Assembly (NCBI GenBank): GCA_001443395.1
Contig: LDXK01000001.1
Coordinates: forward strand, 47,426 to 111,425
Length of the DNA stretch: 64,000 nt
From: a candidate division WWE3 bacterium CSP1-7
GTDB lineage: Bacteria > Patescibacteriota > WWE3 > 9FT-COMBO-53-11
Direction of reading: 5' to 3'
The notes under the pieces are model-generated. The model saw only the letters and a list, made by a program, of their open reading frames with translations, was not told the origin of the DNA and searched no databases. A program made the position numbers and the translations under genes. Of this stretch, positions 55,307 to 64,000 are shown piece by piece; position 1 is the stretch's first letter; each line of letters opens with the position of its first letter.

Positions 55307-58300
55307 CTATTTTGCCTCCTTCTTCACCTTCTCCTCCTTCTTCTTCTCTTTGAGTTGCGATCTCTCTCCGGTTGGGATCAACCGACCCACAATGACGCTC
55401 TCCTTTAATCCTAAGAGATTATCAACCTTTCCCGCGGCCGCTGCTTCCGTCAGGATTCGCGTTGTCTCCATGAAAGAGGCCGCCGAAAGCCAGGAATCGG
55501 TCTTGAGAGAAGAACGGGTAATTCCCAACAGGACCGGTTCTCCGACCGCCCGCTTTGATCCCTTGGAAAGCTCATCATTCGCCTTCTCCAGTTGGATCTT
55601 GGTGATGATTTCTTCAGGAATAAATTCGGTATCTCCGGGGTCGGTGATCCGCAACTTGTTGAACATCTGCCGGACAATCACTTCCAAATGAATATCATCC
55701 AATGAAATCCCCTGGCCGGAGTAAACCTTGAGAATCTCATTCACCAAATATTTCTGGGTGGAGAGGATCCCACGGACGCCCAAAATTTTCTTCGGATCGA
55801 GGTACCCCTCGGTGAGCTGGACGCCGGCTTCCACCTTCTCACCATCCTTCACCAGAATGTTGCGGCCCACCGGAACGTCAAACTGCATTGCCCCCTCCTT
55901 GCCGGTAAGGAAGACCTTCCGGGAATCTCCTTCTTCCGAAACCGAGATCTTTCCGGCGTAGGGAGCCACGTTCGCTTCGAATTTTGGTGTCCGGGCCTCG
56001 AAAACCTCCTCGATCCTCGGCAAACCTTGGGTGATGTCTTTACTGGCGGCGATTCCACCCATGTGTTTTGTCCGCAGAGTTAACTGCGTTCCCGGCTCCC
56101 CAATTGACTGAGCGGCCACTATCCCGACGGGAGTCCCTATCGCTGCCGGCCGGTTACGCCCCAGATCCAAACCGTAACAGGACGCGCAAACTCCGTGAAG
56201 ACTTTCACAGGTAAGCGGGGAACGAATCTTGACTTCCGTAATTCCAGACTTTTCAATCGCCTCCGCCGCGAGGGCATCAATGAGTTCATTTTTCTTCACC
56301 AAAACCTTGCTGCGAATCTTGATATCTTCCGCCGCAACTCGCCCATTCAAGCGACGTGAGAAAGTAATCAAGAACGTTTCTTCCTCTTTGGCGAGGGAGA
56401 TGGAGTTCTTTGTTTTGCAATCAGCTTCTCGAATCAAAACGTCCTGGGCAACATCCACCAACCTCCGCGTGAGGTAACCGGCGTCGGCGGTCCGCAGCGC
56501 CGTGTCCACCAGTCCCTTGCGGGCCCCGCGAGCCCCCACGAAATATTCGAAGCTGGTTAAACCCTCCCGATAGTTGGAGCGGATCGGTAGTTCGACCACT
56601 TTTCCGGTCGGATCCACGACATGGCCCCGCATTCCCGAAATCTGCTTCACTTGGTCCCGAGTGGCCCGCGCCGCTCCCGAACCGATAATTAGTTTGATCG
56701 GGTTGTCTTCCCCAAGAGCATTCCAAGCCAAATCATCTAAAACATTGGTGGCCTCACTCCAAACCACCCGGGAAAGCTCTTTTCTCTCAGAATCGGTGAT
56801 CAATCCCCGCCGGAAGTTTTGGTCGATTTCGGATACCTTCTTTTCGGCATCGGCCAAAACCTTGGGCTTTTCAGATGGGATAATTCCGTCAAAAGCCGAG
56901 ATGGAAGCGCCCGAATAAGTAGCGTAATGGAAACCAAGATGCTTGATCGCATCCACCAGATCGGCGACCACCTGATCCTCCGATTTTACCAATGCCTGAG
57001 AGATAAAATCTTTGGCTTCCTTTGCGCCCACTTTGCCATTATAAAAACGAAGGAAATCCGGCAAAACCGAGTTGAGGATTACCCGCCCCACGGTAGTCAC
57101 TAGGATCTGCTCCCCCACCATAACCTTGATTTTCTCGCGGAGAACAATCTTTTCAAGATCGTAGGCAATGATTGCCTCCTGTTCACTGCTAAAGACCTTG
57201 AAATCCTCTTCCTTTCGCGTCTCCTCTTCGACCGGGATGCTGGTCAGATAGTAAGTGCCCAAAACCTGTTCCTTGTTGGGAAAAGCAATCGGTTCACCGG
57301 TCGCGGGACGGAGAAGATTGTTCGTCGAAATCATCAGCGCCTTTACTTCCGCAATCGCTCTCTTTGAAATCGGAAGGTGGACCGCCATCGCGTCACCATC
57401 AAAATCGGCGTTGAATCCGGCACAAACCGCCGGGTGCAGTTGGATCGCGGAGCCATCCACTAAAATCGGATAAAAACCAAGGATAGAGAGACGGTGCAGG
57501 GAAGGGGCTCGATTCAGCAAAACCGGATGATCCACCACCAGTTGTTCAAGGATTTCCCAAACTTCGTCGGAACGCTCTTCCAAATAGGCCTTGGCACTTC
57601 TGAGATTGGAAGCGGATCCCCGCAGGAGAATTTCCCGGAGCACATGGGGCTTCCAAAGCTCCAGAGCCATTTCCCGAGGAATTCCCACTTGATTGAGTTT
57701 CAAATAGGGACCGACAACAATCACGGAACGCCCGGAGTAGTCCACTCGCTTTCCGAGCAAATTTTGACGGAAGCGACCCTGTTTTCCGGATAGAAGATCG
57801 GCAAACGACCGCAGGGTCTTTTTGCCCCGCCGCACCTTGCCGCGGCGCGCCTTGGAAGAATCGATTAGGGCATCAACGGCCTCCTGTAGCATCCGTTTTT
57901 CGTTACGGACAATAATTTCGGGAGCGCCTAGCTCTAGCAACTGGCGCAAGCGGTTATTGCGATTGATCACGGTCCGATAAAGATCGTTTAGATCGGAGGT
58001 TGCGAACCTTCCTCCCTCCAACTGGACCATCGGTCGCAGATCCGGCGGGATCACCGGCAAGACCGTCAGGATGAACCAAGCCGGCTCCACTCCGGCATTC
58101 TTGAGTCCTTCCACAATTCGCAAACGCCGGCGGGCCCAGACCCCTCGCTCCCCCTTGCTCTCGTGGACAACCTTGCGCAGCTGGAGCGAAATCTTGCCCA
58201 GATCAACTAGGGCCAGGGCCCGGCGAATCGCTTCCGCCCCCATCATCACTTCGGAAAATTCCTTTAGATAAGGCAACGCCAGTTCGACCTCCCGCTCCGA

Positions 58301-58885
58301 GAGAACCGAAAAGAGCTTAACGCTTTTGAGAACTTCCAGTCCCTCCCGTTTGGTATCGGAAAGTTTTATCTTGTTGGCCGGATCCTGCTCTTGTTTGATC
58401 TGCTGATTGAGATCGTGTTCAAATTTTTCCAGGACCGGACCGCGCTTCTCGCGATCAAACTCGGTGATCAGGTAGCGGGAGAAGTAGATTACCCCTTCCA
58501 CATCACGCGAAGAAATCCCCAGAAGAATACTGACCATGGAAGGAACTCCGCGGAAGAACCAGATGTGCGCCACCGGAGAAGCCAGGGAAATGTGCCCCAT
58601 CCGCTCCCGCCGGACCCGCTTGCTAGTGACCTCCACTCCGCACTTATCGCAGATGATTCCTTTAAAGCGGGCCTTCTTGTATTTTCCGCAGTAGCACTCG
58701 TAATCTTTGGTCGGGCCAAAAATCCGCTCATCAAAGAGACCATCTTTTTCCGCCTTGAAAGTTCGATAGTTGATTGTCTCCGGCTTGGTGACTTCACCAT
58801 AGGACCAACCCTTGATAATCTCCGGAGAAGCAAATTTAATTCTCAGAGAATCAAATTCTCGAAAAGCTTCCAAACCACTAGGCAT
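55307..58885 (-). CDS. rpoC: DNA-directed RNA polymerase beta' subunit
   Basis: Zn-finger 'CYCGKYKKARFKGIICDKCGVEV', 'NADFDGD' active site and a trigger-loop region. Confidence 0.95.
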   Translation of the reverse strand: MPSGLEAFREFDSLRIKFASPEIIKGWSYGEVTKPETINYRTFKAEKDGLFDERIFGPTKDYECYCGKYKKARFKGIICDKCGVEVTSKRVRRERMGHISLASPVAHIWFFRGVPSMVSILLGISSRDVEGVIYFSRYLITEFDREKRGPVLEKFEHDLNQQIKQEQDPANKIKLSDTKREGLEVLKSVKLFSVLSEREVELALPYLKEFSEVMMGAEAIRRALALVDLGKISLQLRKVVHESKGERGVWARRRLRIVEGLKNAGVEPAWFILTVLPVIPPDLRPMVQLEGGRFATSDLNDLYRTVINRNNRLRQLLELGAPEIIVRNEKRMLQEAVDALIDSSKARRGKVRRGKKTLRSFADLLSGKQGRFRQNLLGKRVDYSGRSVIVVGPYLKLNQVGIPREMALELWKPHVLREILLRGSASNLRSAKAYLEERSDEVWEILEQLVVDHPVLLNRAPSLHRLSILGFYPILVDGSAIQLHPAVCAGFNADFDGDAMAVHLPISKRAIAEVKALMISTNNLLRPATGEPIAFPNKEQVLGTYYLTSIPVEEETRKEEDFKVFSSEQEAIIAYDLEKIVLREKIKVMVGEQILVTTVGRVILNSVLPDFLRFYNGKVGAKEAKDFISQALVKSEDQVVADLVDAIKHLGFHYATYSGASISAFDGIIPSEKPKVLADAEKKVSEIDQNFRRGLITDSERKELSRVVWSEATNVLDDLAWNALGEDNPIKLIIGSGAARATRDQVKQISGMRGHVVDPTGKVVELPIRSNYREGLTSFEYFVGARGARKGLVDTALRTADAGYLTRRLVDVAQDVLIREADCKTKNSISLAKEEETFLITFSRRLNGRVAAEDIKIRSKVLVKKNELIDALAAEAIEKSGITEVKIRSPLTCESLHGVCASCYGLDLGRNRPAAIGTPVGIVAAQSIGEPGTQLTLRTKHMGGIAASKDITQGLPRIEEVFEARTPKFEANVAPYAGKISVSEEGDSRKVFLTGKEGAMQFDVPVGRNILVKDGEKVEAGVQLTEGYLDPKKILGVRGILSTQKYLVNEILKVYSGQGISLDDIHLEVIVRQMFNKLRITDPGDTEFIPEEIITKIQLEKANDELSKGSKRAVGEPVLLGITRSSLKTDSWLSAASFMETTRILTEAAAAGKVDNLLGLKESVIVGRLIPTGERSQLKEKKKEEKVKKEAK

Positions 58886-61800
58886 TTTCTTCCTCCTTTT
58901 GTTCTGCTCTCTCGGCCGGTTGGCCCTCCGCTACTTCACCCATCGCCGCCTCCTCCGCCGGACCCTCCTCGCTGGGTTCGGGAGCGAAAACAGCCGCGGC
59001 CAGCTCGGCTTCCTCGGACACCGGGGGCTCGGGAAGAGACGGTACCTCGGCCACTCGGGCGGAAACAATCTTTTCGCCCTTTTTCAGCGGTTCAATATTC
59101 AGCCCCACTCCGTTGAGTTCTCGAATCAAGAGCTTGAATGATTCGGGAAGAGTAGGTTCGGGAATTTCCTCACCCTGGACGATCGCACGGTACGCCGCCG
59201 AACGCCCGACCAGATCGTCCGATTTGGTCGTCAACATCTCTTGCAAGGCATAGGCTGCACCGTAAGCCTCGATTGCCCAGACCTCCATTTCCCCAAAACG
59301 CTGGCCGCCAAATTGAGCTTTTCCTCCCAGGGGCTGCTGGGTAATTAGCGCGTAGGGTCCGGTCGAACGGGCGTGCATCTTGTCCTCCGCCAGGTGCTCC
59401 AGCTTGAGAATGTAGGCATTGCCGACGACCACTTCCTGCTCAAAAGGCTTGCCGGTCCGGCCGTCGAAGAGCTTTGCCTTGCCGGAAACCGGTAGATTGG
59501 CCGCCTGAAGTTCCGCCTCCAGCGTTGCTTCGCCAAACTTTTCGAAAACCGGCACCGCATAATGCTTTCCCGATTTGGCTCCCGCCCACCCCAGATGGGT
59601 TTCCAACAGCTGGCCCAGATTCATCCGGTTAATGACAGAGTGCGGCGCCAGAATGATATCGACCGGCGTCCCGTCCTCGAGGTAGGGAAGATCCGCTGCC
59701 GGCACAATTCGAGAAATAACTCCCTTGTTACCGTGCCGCCCCGCCAACTTGTCCCCCACTGTGATCTTGCGGATCTGCGCCACGCGGACATAGATCTCCT
59801 GCAGAACTCCCTCGGGAAGTTCCGATTCTCCCCGATTCAAAATCTTTACCTCGACCACGGTCCCCCACTCCCCGTGAGGAACTCGCAGGGAAACATCTCG
59901 CACCTCGCGAGCTTTCTCCCCAAAAATGGCGCGGAGAAGCCGTTCTTCCGCCGAGAGCTCGGTCTCGCCCTTGGGAGCGATTTTCCCAACCAAGATATCG
60001 CCGCCCTTTACCTCTGAACCGATGGCGGCGATACCGCTTTCGTCCAGATTGCGCAGGGCCTCTTCGGAAACATTGGGAATGTCCTGTGTTACCTCTTCCG
60101 GACCGAGTTTCGTTTCCAGGACCTGAATGCTGTGTTCTGAAATGTGAATCGAAGAGAGCAAGTCCTCCCGGCGCAGACGATCAGAAAGCACAATACCGTC
60201 TTCATAACCGAACCCGTCCCAGTACATGTAAGCGATGGTGAGATTACGGCCGATGGCCAGCTCACCGTTTTCGGTCGCCGGCCCATCGATCAGCACATCA
60301 CCCTTCTTAAAAACCTGGCTGGACTCCACTCGCACGTGCTGGTTGTAGCAGGTTTCATCGTTGCTTTTGACGAACTTCTGCAGATCATAGTGCTTCTTTT
60401 TGCCCCCCTGGTAAACCACTTCCAACCTCCCCGCATCCACATAAGAGACCTTTCCAGCATCCTCGGCGATAATCGTCAGACCGGAATTGATCGCCAAATC
60501 CCTCTCAATTCCCGTCCCCACAATCGGCGCTTCCGGGACAACCAGCGGCACGGCTTGGCCGACCATGTTGGATGCCATCAACGCTCGATTCACATCATCA
60601 TGCGCCAAAAAAGGAATAAGGGCCGCCGAGGCGGAGACAATTTGGCGAGGAGTCACGTCCACTAGCTCGGCCTGGTCGGCGGAGCCGAAGAAGAACTCGA
60701 TCTTGTGGCGGAGTGGAATCCGTTCATCCAGGATCCGCCCGCTCTTGTCCAGCCGGACGGAAGCATCCGCGACCACGTATTGATCCTCTTGAGAAGCGGT
60801 GAGATAGATAATCTCCTTTGTCACCATCGGTTTGCCATTGATTTTCTTAACTTTTCGGTAAGGGGTCTCCAAAAATCCAAGCGGGTTGATCCGCGCGTAG
60901 AGCGCTAGGTGGGTTGTTAGTCCAATTGAAGTTCCTTCCGGGGTTTTGACCGGGCAAATCCGCCCGTAGTGGGTGTAGTGGGCATCTCGCACCGAAAAAC
61001 TAGCCCGCTCCGCGGTTAATCCGCCCGGGCCCTTAACCGAAAGGCGCCGAAGGTGCTCCAGTCCCGCCAAAGGATTAACCTGCTCGTGATACTGCGAGAG
61101 TTGCGAAGAAGCAAAGAAAGAGTGCAGCCGCGCCTCTACCGGGCGGGTTGAGATGATTGCCAACGGTTTGGGAAGCTGATTCCGCGCCTGCAGGCTCATT
61201 CTCTCCTTGACGACCCTTTCCAATTGGATGAAGCCGATCCGGAGCTGACCCTGGATCAACTCCCCCACCGTCCGCACCCGCCGGTTCCCCAGATGGTCAA
61301 TATCACTTGGTTCACCGATGCCGTGGTTGAGTTCGATCAACCGCTTCAAGGCCGAGATCAAGTCGCCGCGGGTGAGCAGGCGGTTGTGCCGCTCATCCAA
61401 GGAAAGATCCAACCCCAGGATTTCATTGAGTTTGAAGCGCCCCGCTTTCCCAAGATCGTAGCGGCGGGGATCGAGGAAGATCCGCTCAAAAGTGAGCTTG
61501 GCGGTATCGAGCAGAGCCGGCTCCCCGGGCCGGACCTTAGTGAAAATTTCAACGACGGCCTCCTCGTAGGATTTGGTGGAATCTTTCTTGAGAGTTTCTT
61601 CGATGAAATTTCGATTGGGGTCGGTGTCAACATCGTTGAAAGCCGCGCGAATGTCGTCATCCCGGGTTAAGCCGAAAGCTCGCAAGAGAGTGGTGACCGG
61701 CATCTTGTGGTAGTTGCTGATTTTAACCGTGATGTAGTTGCGACGGGCGGTACTGAATTCCAGCCAGGCTCCGTTCTTGGGAAGAATCCTTGCCGAGGAC

Positions 61801-62243
61801 AACAGAACCCCGGTCGTGGGATCGGTTTCTTGAGAAAAATAGATTCCTTCAGAACGAAGGAGCTGATTAACGACGGCGCGTTCGATCCCGGCCACGATGA
61901 AGGTTCCTCCCTCCGTCATCTGGGGAATTTCCCCCATGTAAATCTCCTGGGAAACGGTCTTGCCGCTTTTTACTTCCTTCAGTTCGGCGGTGAGGTACCA
62001 AGAGAAAGAAAAGGTCAGACCTTTCTTGATGGCTTCTTCTTTGCTGACGCGGGGCTTGCCGTAGCGGGGCTTGTTGAAACTCAGTTCCCAACCACGGCCG
62101 GTGTAGTCTTGGATCGGATTGATTTCTTCCAGAACTTCCAAAATCCCCTCTTTGAGGAGCTGATCGAAAGATTCTTTCTGGACCGCTGAGAGATCCGAAA
62201 GGGGCAAGGCCTCTGCGGTTTTCCCTAGCCACACTCTAGTCAT
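58878..62243 (-). CDS. rpoB: DNA-directed RNA polymerase beta subunit
   Basis: Rif-cluster region and a 'GDKLAGRHGNKGV' motif. Start assigned to MTRVWLGK at 62243; the longer ORF to 62276 runs into the predicted promoter. Confidence 0.95.
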   Translation of the reverse strand: MTRVWLGKTAEALPLSDLSAVQKESFDQLLKEGILEVLEEINPIQDYTGRGWELSFNKPRYGKPRVSKEEAIKKGLTFSFSWYLTAELKEVKSGKTVSQEIYMGEIPQMTEGGTFIVAGIERAVVNQLLRSEGIYFSQETDPTTGVLLSSARILPKNGAWLEFSTARRNYITVKISNYHKMPVTTLLRAFGLTRDDDIRAAFNDVDTDPNRNFIEETLKKDSTKSYEEAVVEIFTKVRPGEPALLDTAKLTFERIFLDPRRYDLGKAGRFKLNEILGLDLSLDERHNRLLTRGDLISALKRLIELNHGIGEPSDIDHLGNRRVRTVGELIQGQLRIGFIQLERVVKERMSLQARNQLPKPLAIISTRPVEARLHSFFASSQLSQYHEQVNPLAGLEHLRRLSVKGPGGLTAERASFSVRDAHYTHYGRICPVKTPEGTSIGLTTHLALYARINPLGFLETPYRKVKKINGKPMVTKEIIYLTASQEDQYVVADASVRLDKSGRILDERIPLRHKIEFFFGSADQAELVDVTPRQIVSASAALIPFLAHDDVNRALMASNMVGQAVPLVVPEAPIVGTGIERDLAINSGLTIIAEDAGKVSYVDAGRLEVVYQGGKKKHYDLQKFVKSNDETCYNQHVRVESSQVFKKGDVLIDGPATENGELAIGRNLTIAYMYWDGFGYEDGIVLSDRLRREDLLSSIHISEHSIQVLETKLGPEEVTQDIPNVSEEALRNLDESGIAAIGSEVKGGDILVGKIAPKGETELSAEERLLRAIFGEKAREVRDVSLRVPHGEWGTVVEVKILNRGESELPEGVLQEIYVRVAQIRKITVGDKLAGRHGNKGVISRIVPAADLPYLEDGTPVDIILAPHSVINRMNLGQLLETHLGWAGAKSGKHYAVPVFEKFGEATLEAELQAANLPVSGKAKLFDGRTGKPFEQEVVVGNAYILKLEHLAEDKMHARSTGPYALITQQPLGGKAQFGGQRFGEMEVWAIEAYGAAYALQEMLTTKSDDLVGRSAAYRAIVQGEEIPEPTLPESFKLLIRELNGVGLNIEPLKKGEKIVSARVAEVPSLPEPPVSEEAELAAAVFAPEPSEEGPAEEAAMGEVAEGQPAERAEQKEEENA

Positions 62244-62323
62244 CAATCTAAAAAGAAAAGCAAAGCGCACAAACACAAAACGCCCACGCGCTTATCGGGA
62301 AAAAATATTCACTTAACGAGGCT

Positions 62324-62352
62324 AATTTAACAACAAAAGCGCTAAAAGTCAA
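62324..62352 (-). promoter_or_regulatory. Candidate rpoB promoter (-35 TTGACT, 17 nt spacer, -10 TAAATT)
   Basis: Hexamers on the minus strand, ~75 nt upstream of the rpoB ATG. Confidence 0.4.
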
Positions 62353-62365
62353 TACCCTGAGAACA

Positions 62366-63583
62366 CTATTTAGAAGAACGCCCCGAGGCCAGAAGGAACA
62401 GGTAATTACCCTTAACAGTTTCTAACTTTTCAAATTGGAGTTTCCATTCTGGGAAATTTCTCGAGGTAACATCTCTAAACTCGCTTTCTGTCATAAATAG
62501 CCCACCTCGATCACCTAAGAAATTCCTGTAGTACGCATTCCAAAACCTTGCTCTTTTCGTAGACCGAGATGGATCCTCTACATCAACAATCAAAACCCTC
62601 TTACCGACCTTTTTTAACGAGTCAAGCAAGACAACGAGTTCCTCGTAATTGTGCATATGATGAAGAGTGTTCTTACAAATAACTAAATCGAATTTTTTGG
62701 AAAACGGTAGATCGGTTGCATCGTGATTCGTAAAGATGATGTTGTCGGGAAGATTTCTTTCCCTCCTCAAGGCCGCTGTGACGGATCTGGAGACATCGTT
62801 TGCCACACAAAGCTCAACGCTCTTACAAACTTCAAAGATAAATTTATCGTCTCCGCAAGAAACATCCAACACCGTCTTAGCCGAACCGATGTAGTTTTTC
62901 ATAATTTTTTTAATCCTATCTGAACTGAATACCTTTGATAATGGGGCGACTGTTAACTCATGGATTAGATAATTCAATCTACGATTTCGATTTACGTCTA
63001 TTTCATCATGCGCAAGCAATATCTGTTTTTGAGAGAGTTTTTGTTGCGCCAATTCTAAAATTCTTTCGTTGGCGTACATTAAATTTTTGGACACAGATCT
63101 GAAGTTATCAACAAAGGCGAGAGAAATCTCGGAGTCCCTAATTTTTCCCCTAGCTCTGACTAACCAAGCCAAACCGCGGTGCACAACTTCCCGATGCCCG
63201 TCGACAAAGTGGTTTTCTATAACCGCAATTGGTTCAGTCTCATCTGTTTCCAAACCAGTTTCTCTCTCTACGATCCTAAAGAGAGCGTCCTCCAGATTTT
63301 CTCCCGGTGAGACAGATCCTCCCGGAAGTTCCCAGCCACCATGTTTGCCGGGATCACGCAGAACTAAAAACTGGTAATTCTCATTAAAAATAGCGGCGAC
63401 TATAAAGTTGCCGGCCTTAAGAGAGTAGTGATGCAATAAACTCGAGGGGACAGTTTGTTTGTCTTTGATAACATCAATACCGTAATAATCAACGTAAAAG
63501 TCCAGAATCCGGTCAAAATTACCACCACGCGAGTAAATCTTCCTGAAATTCAATTTTTGGTGGCTACCGTTTCCTTCGTTCAT
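62366..63583 (-). CDS. Nudix hydrolase domain fused to a class I SAM-dependent methyltransferase domain
   Basis: Nudix box 'GGWELPGGSVSPGENLEDALFRIVERETGL' in the N-terminal half. C-terminal half has MTase motif I 'VLDVSCGDDKF' and post-I 'DLVICKNTLHHM'. Low-GC coding sequence. Confidence 0.6.
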   Translation of the reverse strand: MNEGNGSHQKLNFRKIYSRGGNFDRILDFYVDYYGIDVIKDKQTVPSSLLHHYSLKAGNFIVAAIFNENYQFLVLRDPGKHGGWELPGGSVSPGENLEDALFRIVERETGLETDETEPIAVIENHFVDGHREVVHRGLAWLVRARGKIRDSEISLAFVDNFRSVSKNLMYANERILELAQQKLSQKQILLAHDEIDVNRNRRLNYLIHELTVAPLSKVFSSDRIKKIMKNYIGSAKTVLDVSCGDDKFIFEVCKSVELCVANDVSRSVTAALRRERNLPDNIIFTNHDATDLPFSKKFDLVICKNTLHHMHNYEELVVLLDSLKKVGKRVLIVDVEDPSRSTKRARFWNAYYRNFLGDRGGLFMTESEFRDVTSRNFPEWKLQFEKLETVKGNYLFLLASGRSSK

Positions 63584-63607
63584 GTTGTAAAAAGGGCTAA
63601 GCGTGGC

Positions 63608-64000
63608 TTATTTGCTCAGCCCCTCGATTATATTACGAATCTCCCCAACAACCTGAGGGACAGTTTTGAACGTATTATCCACTAGAACATATTCGCTATC
63701 GTATCGTCGGTAAGCTTCGAGTATCTTCTGCCGGATACGCTCATTATCTGTGACCTCATCGCCAACGGAACGGCCCCGGGAACCCAAGCGCCGCTGTCGT
63801 ACACCCTCATCGCTTATGGCAAGAAAAATTGTCAGGTCTGGACGACGAATGCCCTTGGTGTAATTAAGGCGCACTGGCAGACCTAAACCGCGGTGGTAAC
63901 AGACTGTATCAAGAAGGTATCGAACACAGTAAACGTTGCTGCTGTTCCTCAAAAGTTCGGAGATGATACTGGACGCATGGTAGATCGAAGCCAAATAGAA
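63608..64000 (-). CDS. tmk: Thymidylate kinase-like P-loop kinase, 5'-partial (N-terminus beyond window end)
   Basis: 'VRYLLDTVCYHRGLGL' (cf. Tmk DRYxxSxxAYQG), 'PDLTIFLAISDEGVRQRRLGSRGR' (LID) and a C-terminal helix. Confidence 0.5.
   Translation of the reverse strand, partial: FYLASIYHASSIISELLRNSSNVYCVRYLLDTVCYHRGLGLPVRLNYTKGIRRPDLTIFLAISDEGVRQRRLGSRGRSVGDEVTDNERIRQKILEAYRRYDSEYVLVDNTFKTVPQVVGEIRNIIEGLSK

Overview
This window is a gene-dense bacterial chromosomal segment, moderately GC-rich by eye. The genes are almost all housekeeping, and several traits point to a Candidate Phyla Radiation / Patescibacteria-type genome. Ribosomal protein L30 is absent between S5 and L15. The tRNAs carry a genome-encoded CCA. 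RpoA has no alpha-CTD, and L15 is truncated. Several r-proteins carry lysine-rich or Zn-ribbon tails.

Gene content:
- A complete suf Fe-S operon on the minus strand: Rrf2 regulator, sufT, sufC, sufB, short sufD, Rieske protein, sufS, sufU and a small channel-like membrane protein.
- tRNA-Glu(CTC), tRNA-Gln(CTG) and tRNA-Pro(GGG).
- A low-GC block holding a small GIY-YIG protein and obg, followed by a DEAD-box helicase.
- A dsbA / doxX / ndh block, gltX, and an archaeal-type Asp/Asn-tRNA ligase.
- rel, recJ, secDF, yifB, RNase P RNA, hup, ymdB-rny-recA and sodA.
- The large ribosomal protein cluster (rpsI through rpsJ), tuf, fusA, rpsG-rpsL and rpoC-rpoB.
- A Nudix-methyltransferase fusion next to a partial tmk.

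Most noteworthy observations:
(i) A family of at least 13 short structured intergenic repeats. Each has TTGGACGG, a covarying GC hairpin and CTAGCA(T/A)T. The X-oriented gene-proximal copies then form a second AU-rich hairpin, which in five of the six pairs with the start codon of the downstream gene.
(ii) The str operon is split by a roughly 3.9 kb insertion between rpsG and fusA. The insertion carries two tandem paralogs that fuse an uncharacterised basic N-terminal region and a conserved middle domain to a C39-like cysteine peptidase domain, plus four further genes.
(iii) The S10/L3 junction carries its own promoter, leader and an attenuator-like hairpin followed by U7 directly abutting the rplC start codon.
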